Source of the DNA: Rhizaria sp. SCN 62-66
Taxonomy: Eukaryota
Assembly (NCBI GenBank): GCA_001724265.1
Contig: MEDY01000125.1
Span: 50,079-70,078, forward strand
Reading direction: 5' to 3'
DNA length: 20,000 nt
Shown here piece after piece: positions 8,901 through 15,777 of this stretch. The notes under the pieces are model-generated. The model saw only the letters and a list, made by a program, of their open reading frames with translations. It made no database searches and was not told where the DNA came from. A program made the translations under genes and the position numbers. Every line of letters starts with the position of its first letter. The first letter of the stretch is position 1.

Positions 8901-9538
8901 ACCTGGAACGTCTGCTGCTCGAGGGCGACGCGCAGGGGCTTGAGGTCCGCGCCGACAAACCGCTCCGCGGGGCGCGCAACTACCGCGACCAGGACGACGG
9001 CGACGACGGCAGTGCGGGCAACAGCAAGGAGCGCGTGATGGCGTTCGAGGAGCGTCGCAAGACAGGCGTGCAGGCCTTTCGCGAGCGCACACCGGGCCGC
9101 GCGCTGGCCAAGCAGGTGGCCGAGGACACGCGCTCACGCATGGTCGAGGAATACCAGGCCGCCGCGCAGCAGTCGGCCGGCGCGGTGCAATGGGAGCGAG
9201 GGCTGGGCGCGCGAGGCGGGCTCGAGGCCGAAGAGCGCGAGCGTGTTAGCCGCACTGGCGCAACGCGCGACGGCCAGGCGCGGGACCGCGGGTACAACCC
9301 GGTGAACCCGTTCGGCAACGACAAGTCGCTCAACTCGCTTGTGCACGAGATGCGCGGCGCAGGCAAGAAGCACTCGCCCGCGCGCGGCAACGGCAAGCTC
9401 AGTGGCACGGGCGGGTTCAACGACGCCTGGGCCTCGGCCGCGCCGTCGGCCGCCTTCGAGCAGATCAAACAGCCCATGTCCAAGGTGATGCGTGTCAAGG
9501 AGAAGCTCGAGCGCAAGCAGCGCCGCTCCAGCTACTAA
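2960..9538 (+). CDS. Very large (~2192 aa) pentatricopeptide-repeat (PPR)-containing protein, probably mitochondrial
   Basis: Single uninterrupted ORF from the first ATG (2960). The N-terminus MFGPRAMRTLMRTASACSR is Arg/Ser/Thr/Ala-rich and acid-free, like a presequence. PPR-like motifs: RPTLSTFNIAMRAHAAAKNPARVRAVYDLLLQLRG (~3653-3757), tandem ATVATYLPLLRVLAAHGAYEELLQAVAAVHERRG / LVPTQEVFNLMTIACINGNAPGRALRVLDLMALM (~5852-6056), and FPDEVALSLLLRALHQKGLLQHAEELWRRL (~6172-6262). Confidence 0.75.
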   Translation: MFGPRAMRTLMRTASACSRAAAPAAEAVSSCAPAAGGGSGVFPTRPLAASSTGASSATLSAATVTVPSRAISTAERDYLYGPGGADPTRRPKVDARITAMQVMGSESTIRADSAPLNSAAERRVSQRLDWVRDQLQNTVYFASFTSEQVEDLDEAFQAVRFAAPAKLWHDVMNMWYHWGAHNPDGDPALAAQRVDGYFRDLVNTTSQGVWKLSCDGRASSPYPANMLRFSLRPTLSTFNIAMRAHAAAKNPARVRAVYDLLLQLRGSIPDPAAEPAPTQPPGPELEKELLRRRLNAQHRSDLAPAASTHASAVRAALQSNDHEFMDRTVARLATVDRALQLTEAAHLDYMESLARRGMHWAVVEYMRVTFLHQPLRRAPAHAHLRTQSHDTAASGTPGYGLTTALVPADVGIVGVAPGANTALPSWLVAPADGSAAPAVSRSPFPPSRAQWLLVMESLQALHSPSAAERAALALPTGFPHAARAKAERHHARALAQSGAAPGAVLELDAGVRQWLYGKLAAHGLPVEAAFYKAMLQHAPTPAHVVSYVNDLHAQADALHARATAEPATAAETAAEAAAQEARRKLVVDLNTPSRDAAFRRVFGRYADVARARGVAPPTYEVVHERLVDLLVFELSRASAEGGVTSQAPQPAALRGALRESIQAYAQYLADNVRKPGDPASNTTTAAAADAADAAGSAVVSVADARAGAPATVSGVSVRAPAVPHKAIERILSRSGATAALLSLAGSPAAAQLLEHVMEVRKCITAYGVATTSDTNTAYIRALVLASRRGEALPPLAVNTATSVVPVVVAPVRVRVRAAVEGEERERVLASVRDRVQFAHSNIVRRHAQLQLVADEAEMLEAAGATLDLQLDCELIEALAELGTDAALLRGPFDAPARAPGASAAEANPDAVEDVEAAALLATADTLRAWTTDMLRATMTRLVSRALVAPAADLQHVSLLGKDGAATVATYLPLLRVLAAHGAYEELLQAVAAVHERRGLVPTQEVFNLMTIACINGNAPGRALRVLDLMALMTRPGQLAARGIDSAELSRAITAGNTADLVADKLTAVSEVFPDEVALSLLLRALHQKGLLQHAEELWRRLAHRPPSSWTSYSAVEEQQALAEALAEHEERELRDVAFDDGAEALLLAASASASEGEYDDAYNPAKNPVIRKLQTITPAALQRPLASLLPEGARRALPAGTQLLLDAPADAAMAQTFIQLGHPMHALQLYLDARAGMPQRPLPDPTAGALAGRNGSARAGAAAKLKELDPESTLRTLVPNTNLHTTFTHTSFGDKVRGAAVGESAARSSGDADMAGVAEVLAGGSGTGEDPLEQLYAKDSNALIDVSRMLPSLRRVPLPRERESRRLSALLESSAAARRVRPRGHDVSGLEADSAAEGAGDSHPLLNYYWPQADLLAAVVLYYQRTARGTVTRAMAQLQAGAAAVASAATDGLGAAAAETAEADELLLSTEVAKATLQQAEAVVALSQRAMTELRDFALAHPYVLGDAVTDMLYATPRPGSIEADMQTCVFSRPALLVPYVDATAELYRTLDELALAAVAMEESLFKARAAKHSVFGLRRWLAIFPAVANQARALLSAHSRKEWIQGNVDRLRRQIDASIRQSLRARRDALKLAAHERALLSVPKSDADSSWVARFSQFLGVQDADAIADIFLPAEPASTTLASAAAQTEHGATASSAAAAAAPSASEAEASASAAPAEPEVDPLAALMASLTAANAPTSALTAAHDVWTASSTGAGANAATGKTANKSAGAGAGAEGGRVWNPLGPGELPIPLADQAVSASVVAHVARIVSKQKRAREDARVRTSLTEYDEPTQAALFMDVREPSVLLQPLRAEGVFHSPYGPEGKGGLLAGQGMPYARASEAETRRRAANAVTDPAAVRTAGASAGGMYVEERVPTETSPLTADVDPRPVFSEQQLSALGKYKSGRLAKEVDLRPTPSFHISDLKLGQTGAARAVSEQDLERLLLEGDAQGLEVRADKPLRGARNYRDQDDGDDGSAGNSKERVMAFEERRKTGVQAFRERTPGRALAKQVAEDTRSRMVEEYQAAAQQSAGAVQWERGLGARGGLEAEERERVSRTGATRDGQARDRGYNPVNPFGNDKSLNSLVHEMRGAGKKHSPARGNGKLSGTGGFNDAWASAAPSAAFEQIKQPMSKVMRVKEKLERKQRRSSY
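5001..5043 (+). repeat. In-frame (ACT)/(GCT) trinucleotide run encoding TTTAAAADAADA; similar (GCT)6 run at 8051-8068
   Basis: actactactgctgctgctgctgatgctgctgatgctgct read directly; T-ending codons contrast with the surrounding C/G-ending codons. Confidence 0.8.
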
Positions 9539-9990
9539 GCGAGATCATCTCAGAGTCAGTAATGCGAGACTTACTGTGTAAGTGAGTTAACTGCTGAGCC
9601 TTGATTACTTGCTTTAAAGCAAAAGGAAACATGTTCGGTGGGTGATTTGCAAGCAGAATATGTATTTATTAATGTGTGTATGCGTCGTTTTCTTTCATAA
9701 TACCCAATTAGATGGCAAGAGATCACTAATATCAGTCTAGGAAACATCAATACATTTCATAACTCTTAATCATAACGATAGAAATTAGCATTGTTGTATT
9801 CGGAAATCGAAGCATTCATCGGTGTCACAAGACACATTCCGGCCTGCCACTAACATAACAGGTCAACTCATAAGTCTAATAATAAATCTAGGTATCATTT
9901 CACAACGCGCGCAATCGTAAACTTCACCAGCAGTCTGTTACACACTGTAACAACACCTGCAGTAAAGAAACAGCGCTTAATCTCGCTTTC
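9539..9990. terminator. AT-rich convergent 3'UTR/termination region with candidate AATAAA signals (+ at 9881-9886; - at 9670-9665)
   Basis: Lies between the PPR stop (TAA, 9538) and the lectin-gene stop (TGA, 9991). The hexamers are present, but whether this organism uses them is unknown. Confidence 0.35.
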
Positions 9991-12900
9991 TCAGAGATGA
10001 TCGTCAAACTGCGCGAACCCGCCCTTGTGAACGGCACCGCCGCCGCCGCCGCCCGCCGCGTAGAGCGCGTACGGGTCGTCATCGAGGTCGGTGTCCGTCG
10101 CACCGCCGCCGCCGCCGCCGCCGCCGCCGTTGAAGCGCTGATGCTGCTTGCGCGCGTGCTGCTGCTGCAACTGCTGCTGAGACAGGCCCTTGCCCGCGCC
10201 CGCCGCCGCAGCCTTGCCAGCCGCGCCTGCAGCATCAGCCGCGCCCGCGCTCGAGCCAGCGCCCGCACTGCCGGCCGCGGCCGCGGGCGCCGTGCCGACG
10301 GCGACCTTGGCGGGCGCGCGGCGCGTCTGCTCGGCCAGGTCGCGGCGGTAGCGGAAGACTTCGGTCAGCACGGCCGTAATCATGCCCGTCACCGAGGCGA
10401 TGGGGAAGCGGTAGTAGTTGCTCTGCTGCAGCGCGAGGTCCATGTGGCCACGCGTGCGGTTGCCGCCGTCGACGACGCCGAAGGTGTAGCCGAAGTACAG
10501 CCCACCCATTAGCGCGGCAAAGCACATGAAGCGCATCTCGTCCAGCGAGTGCGAGAATGGCATCTCGGTGCCGGCACCGGCCTTGAGCACGCGCGACAGC
10601 GCCAGCGGCGAGCCCGCGGCCGCAGCGGCGCGTGAGCGGGACGTGGCGAGCCGGCGGGAGGACGCGGAGGCGAAGGCCGAGGGGGCGGTGGGGGCCGAAT
10701 ACCAGCGCGAGCGCGCCGCGGCGTCGGCGTCCTGCTCGAGCGCGGCGGTGCGGATTTTGTAGATGAGGCGCTGTGACACGTAGCCGATCTCGAGCGCGAC
10801 GAAGACGATGCAGAAGGACAACGAGCCGGCGAGCAGGAAGAAGGTGGGGATGCGCAGCGCCGTGGCCAGCGTCAGCAGCGGGACGTGGTGCAGCGACATG
10901 CACAGCGCGCTCGCCAGCGTCAGCGCCACGGAGAAGAGCGTCAGGATGGCCGTCAGCGTGCAGCAGCCGGTGCGGCGCAGCTCGCGCGCCGTGATGGCCG
11001 GCACGGGCGCGGCGGGCACGAGCGAGCGCGCGCCGCCGCCCGGGGAGCGCACGACCTGCATCGGCACCGCCGAGCCGCGCGGGACGCCCTCCAGCGCACC
11101 GGTCATCGCGCCCGCTGCGGGGACGGCGTCGAGCGCGGCGAGCGCGGAGGGCGGCGCGGCGGGGTCGTACAGCGAAGACAGCCCGATACGCGCCTTGTGG
11201 CCGCGAGAGGCCTTGCCACCGCCGCCGTGGCCGTGGCCGAGCAGCCCGGCCTCCTCGCGGCCGGCCGCGGCCGTGGACGCGGCGTAGCCGGCGTAGTCGT
11301 CGTCGTCGTCGTCCGAGCCCGAGGCGGCGTCCAGGTCGCGGAAGAAGGGGATGTGGTCGCGCGAGCCCGCGGCGCGCGAGGCCGCGGCGGCGAGCTGCAT
11401 GCGCCGCACAACGCCGCGGCTCCAGGCGACAAAGACGCCGATGATGAGGTAGAGTAGCGCGAAGACGTAGGAGAACTGGCGCGAGAGCGTGACTTCGACG
11501 AGGACGTTGTTGATGCACACGGCGATGCAGATAGAGCAGAGCGCGCCCACGCACGCGTTGTGCACGCACGAGGTGAGGAAGATGACCCAGCCGGGCAACT
11601 CGTGTGCGTGCTTGGTCGCGTAGTGCTTGACGACGTAGGTGGTGAAGAAGCCGATGATGAGGAGCCCAAAGAAGAAGTCCCACACCAGGTACGCGTCGCC
11701 GTCGAGCGGGCACTCCTCGGCGTGCACGACGATCGAGTCAACGTCAGGGCAGATTGAAAACCACGGGTCGTCTTCGTCGGTCTCGGTCGCGCTCGTGGTG
11801 CCCTCGCCGCCGCCGCCGCCGCTGCCGCCGCCGCCGCCCGCGCCGCCGGAGCCGGAGCCCGAGACGGAGCCTGTGACGGTGCTCTTGACGGTGCTGATGA
11901 GGCTGGCCACGCCGGACGACACCATGCCGCCCGCGCCGCCGCCGCTCTTGCCGCTGCCGCTGCCGCTGCCGTTCTTGCCGCCAGCCGCGCCGCCGTGGTC
12001 ACTGTTGCCAGAGCCAGCGCCGGCGCCCGCAGCGGCAATGCCACCGGCGCCCGCGCCCTTGCCAGCGCCAGCGCCAACGCCAGCGGTGTCGCTCCTGCCG
12101 GCGCCCTTGCCTTCGCCGCTGTCGCCGCCCGCCGCGCCGGCGACGGCGGCCGAGTCGGCGCCTGCGCCCGCGCCCGCGCCCGCGCCGGGCTTGGCAGGCT
12201 TGCCATTGGCGCCTGTGGGGGTCTTGAGCTTGTTCGCCTTGCCCTTGTGGCGGCCGAAGTTGGCGATCGTATCCGCGTCGGGCTCCGTCTCGGGCACGCC
12301 CGCAGCGGCGGCCTTGGCGGCGGCCGCGGCCGCGTTAGTCGCCGCCGCCGCCTTGGCCGCAGCAGCCTCGCCCTCAGCAGCAGCAGCAGGAGTGCCGCTG
12401 CCCGCGTGGCCGCCGCTCGCGTTGGTGGCGTCGCGGGCCTCGATCTGCGTAGCCATCTCGGCGAAGACGGAGAAGAGGTGCCGGTCGAGCCCCATGCCAA
12501 ACTCCATGCCCATGCGGTGCGGGCGACGCATCGCGCGGTACGTCGCCGCGGCCGCCGCAGAGCCCACTAGCGCGCCCGGGATGCAGCGCCGCGTCGACGG
12601 GCACCAGCGGCAGTCGTGCGCGGCCGACACGCACGCGCCGCAGCCCTTGGCCGAGGCCAGCACGCAGGTCCGAGCCGAGAGCGTCGTGTCGACAATGCAG
12701 CTGGGACCGAAAAAACCCGGGTCGCACTTATCCTGCGCGCGCGCCACCGCCGTGCTGCCGCCGCGGGCGCCGGCGGCGGAGCCCGCGCTGGCACCCGCGG
12801 CGCTCGCGTCGGCGCCCGCGGCCGCGGCCTCAACCGCGGCGTCGGTCCCGCTGGCGAGCACCACGCCCGCCGCGGCGGCGTCGGTGCCCGCGGCCGCACT

Positions 12901-15027
12901 GCCCGCCGTCGCCGTCGTGTCCACGGGCGTCAGCAGCTCCACAGCGGCCGCCACGGAGGCGGGCGTCGGGCCCTCAGCGGCGGCCGCGGCGGCCACGGCG
13001 GCCGCGTCGGCCTCGGCCTTGCTCTCGCGGACCGGCGCAGTCGGCAACACCTGTGTTGAAGTAAATAAGACAAGTTACGAAAAAAACAAAAAGGCGAAAT
13101 GAGATAAAACCAGTCGATAAACAAGAAAGTAGCAGAATTGAAGCCAACAATGATCTCGAGTTTGTTTCTGCTTCTGCTTTTGCTTCTGCTGATGTCGTAC
13201 CTGACTGTAGAAAGTAATGCCGTTGGCCGCGGCGGCGGTGACGGCGGCGGGCACTGGCTGCTGGGTCCGCTCGAAGTACCAGTCGCAGAGGCGCATGTGG
13301 TCGGCGCTGCGCGCGTCGGTGGCTGCGGTGAAGCCGACGAGGTACTCCCCGCGGAGCGCGAGCACGCGCGCCTGCAGCAGCGGCGTGGTGAGGTCGTTGA
13401 GGAAGACCGACACGACGCCCTCGTGGTAGTCGATCTGCACGACGTTGACCGGCGTGGCCGACCCCGAGGCCGCCTGCGCGCCCGTGCGGGAGGCGAACGA
13501 GTCGACCACGCGCGACCGCGCGCGGGGGGACAGCCGCGGCAGCGACTTGGAGATGGCCGTGGCCGTCGCGTTGGCCGGGATCACGAGATCCGGCATCACC
13601 GTCAGCGACGCCGCGGCCACAGTCGCCGCCGCCGCCGCCGCGGCCTCGGCAGCCGTCGGGGGCGCGCTGCTGGCCGCGCCCGCGCTGCCGTTGAGCGCGA
13701 GCAGGCTCGGACCAGCAGCAGGGGACGTCGCGGCAGCATCGGCAGCATCAGCAGGAGCAGAAGAGCCCTCGTCACCGGCGCTGCTGGCATTGGCGCTAGC
13801 AGTACCGGTACCCGTGCCTTTGCGATTCTTCTTCTCAGTCGCGGCCGTCACTGCTGCGGCCACGGCCGTGACCGCGGCCTGCGCGGCCGAGTCGGCGGCG
13901 GCGACTGCGGCGGCGGCGGCCTTGGCGGTGCCTTCGTCGGCGCTGTCCATCGCCTCGCGCGCGAGCCGGCGGCGCATGCGCGCGAACTCGGCCACGGGGA
14001 TGCGGTGGATCGCCAGGTTCGCGGGCGCCGCCATCGACGTGATGTCGTGCGTCGACGAGAGCTGGAAGCCCTCGCCCGCGCCCCAGTGCACGGCCACGTG
14101 CGGCGCGGGCGGGTCGTCGCGCTCGGGGTTGGAGACGAGGTCGAACTCGACCGCGAAGCCCTCGCCCAGGTCGGTGAAGCCCAGCCCCGAGCCGGGCGCG
14201 CCCGTGCGGCGCGGCGAGTCGGCCGCGATCACCACAAACGCCAGCCCCTCGCCGGGCCGCAGGCCGATCGTGGGGCGCGCCGACGCCGCGGTGGTCGCGT
14301 TTCCGCTGGCAACCTCGCTTTTGTCGCTCTTGTCTCTCTTCTTGGCGTCCTTGTCCTTCTTGCGCTTGTCCTTGGGCTTACCGCTGTTACTGCTGTTGCC
14401 CGCGCTGGCGGTGCCGTTACCGCCCGCCGCGGCGCTGTCGAGCGCGCCGTCGTCGTCGGTGCCGTCGCCGTCGTCGTCGTCCTCCAGCCCCTCGAGCCAC
14501 TCGGCCGGGTCCTCGTCGATGATGCCCTCGCGGAGAATCTTGAGGTTGAAGGTCGTAAACAGCCCGCGCGGCGGCGGCGCGTTCTCGTCCGTCGGCTCGT
14601 CGAACTTGATGCGTTTCTCATAGTAGGCCGAGTTGGCGGCGACGCGGTCCTTGCGCTTGGACGACATCGACAGACAGCCATCGGGGCCCGCGCGCGCGCC
14701 GTTGAACTGCAGGTTCTTGCGCTCGCGGAAGTTCGAATAGTAGAACCGCGCCTGCGCCGCGCCGACGAACGACGGCAGCACGGACTCGAGAAGACTGCTG
14801 TGGCCAGCGGCAGGGCCAGATAAAGATCCTGAGATCGAGTCAGAGTCTGTGCTCCACATGTGTGAGTTTGTGCTTGATAGAGCAAGGATAAGCGCAAGGG
14901 CAAGCACGACGTGCGACAGCGCCAGGCGGAACAGCTGTGAGCACACCGCGGCAGAGCTGCCAGAGCTCGGCGCCGGTGAGTGCTGACTCGGCTGAGCGCT
15001 ACTGGGGCATCGGGAGGGGAGGCTCAT
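9991..15027 (-). CDS. Multidomain membrane protein (~1628 aa): signal/anchor helix, legume-type (L-type) lectin domain, EGF-like/PSI cysteine module, seven predicted TM helices; exons 15027-13201 and 13050-9991
   Basis: Track ORFs 13075..15090 and 9991..13050 join in phase 0 through CAG|GTACGA...caacacAG|GTG. Lectin motifs: FYYSNF..NLQFNG, GEGLAFVV, GSGLGF, AVEFDLVSN..DDPPAPHVAVH, VGFTAAT, HMRLCDWYF. Cys module: CDPGFFGPSC, CGACVSAAHDCRWCPSTRRC. Seven hydrophobic segments lie between ~11694 and ~10355. The start is the first in-frame ATG; an upstream exon is not excluded. Confidence 0.8.
13051..13200 (-). other. Spliceosomal GT-AG intron (150 nt)
   Basis: AT-rich island within GC-rich coding sequence; donor CAG|GTACGA, T-rich tract, ttcaacacAG acceptor; contains the in-frame TAA that ends the track ORF at 13075. 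Confidence 0.9.
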
Positions 15028-15777
15028 AAGCCCTATGTTTCGAGAGCGACGCTGCAGCGCGAAGCTAGAGCGCGGAGCGGAGTATGGCACGGGACGCGGG
15101 GGTGGGGCTAGTCCGGTGCAAAGCAGCAGGCGGCAAACGGCCTGGAGAGGGCAGGGGGTGACGCGAGCGCTGGAATCGGTGAGAAGAAACGAACTCGCGC
15201 GGGCGCTGCGGGTGTGTGCGGGGATGTGGCGCGGTGGCCGCGGTTGGGGAGCGGGGTAGGCTAGAGTGGTTTGAGTGCAAGCTAGCTGGCCGTGCGTCGA
15301 CTGGAGTTGGGCATAAATTGCACCGGCAAGGCAGGAAAATGAGACTTGAGATATGAAGAGCAGGACAAGGAGACACTATAGAGACGTCCAGGACACCCAC
15401 AGAGACGTTCAATCGTAATGTGTGCAAACCACGCAAAGATATTGTAAGGAATGCCCAGTGTAAATACAAACTGAACGGGTAATGGCGCTGTTGACGGAGC
15501 CCCTAGCGTGATACAGTAGGGTCCTAAATCTGCCGTCAGCATCCCAGCCGGCTTGGTGGCGAGCCAGCGAGCCCACGGTCACTTGGAGCGCTGTTCGACC
15601 ACGCAAAACATCAAAAAGATAGTATGCCACATCATCAAATACGAATGCAATAGTGTCCTGTAATTGCCCCTGTGGGGATCTCTATTGTTCTTTAATTATA
15701 CCCTTGAAAAAGTGTCTCACGGTACCCATATTCCTTGTTGCTTTCACTCTCTGCACTTTCGGCCGCTCTCCACAGGA
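15028..15777. promoter_or_regulatory. Divergent promoter and 5'UTR region between the lectin-7TM gene and DDX51
   Basis: 750 nt between head-to-head ATGs, lower GC, no convincing ORF. Confidence 0.5.
15622..15775 (+). other. Putative 5'UTR intron of DDX51 (154 nt)
   Basis: GTATGC donor at 15622 (same hexamer as at 1531); pyrimidine tract ctttcactctctgcactttcggccgctctccacAG|gaATG. Confidence 0.55.

Noticed and set aside
8900-9538. DYW RNA-editing deaminase domain at the PPR C-terminus
   Set aside because: No HxE or CxxC motif; the protein ends RKQRRSSY.
14306-14381. Strong donor-like G|GTAAGC in the first lectin insertion
   Set aside because: There is no pyrimidine tract, and the candidate CAG acceptor at 14306 gives 76 nt (frameshift); the frame is open without splicing.
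15489-15690. Possible hairpins in the divergent promoter (GTTGACGG/CCGTCAGC 15490-15540; GGCT..AGCC 15550-15565; CAATAG/CTATTG ~15648-15687)
   Set aside because: The stems are short and imperfect, with no tRNA, snRNA, snoRNA or SRP signature that I can recognise. An Infernal/Rfam search would be needed.
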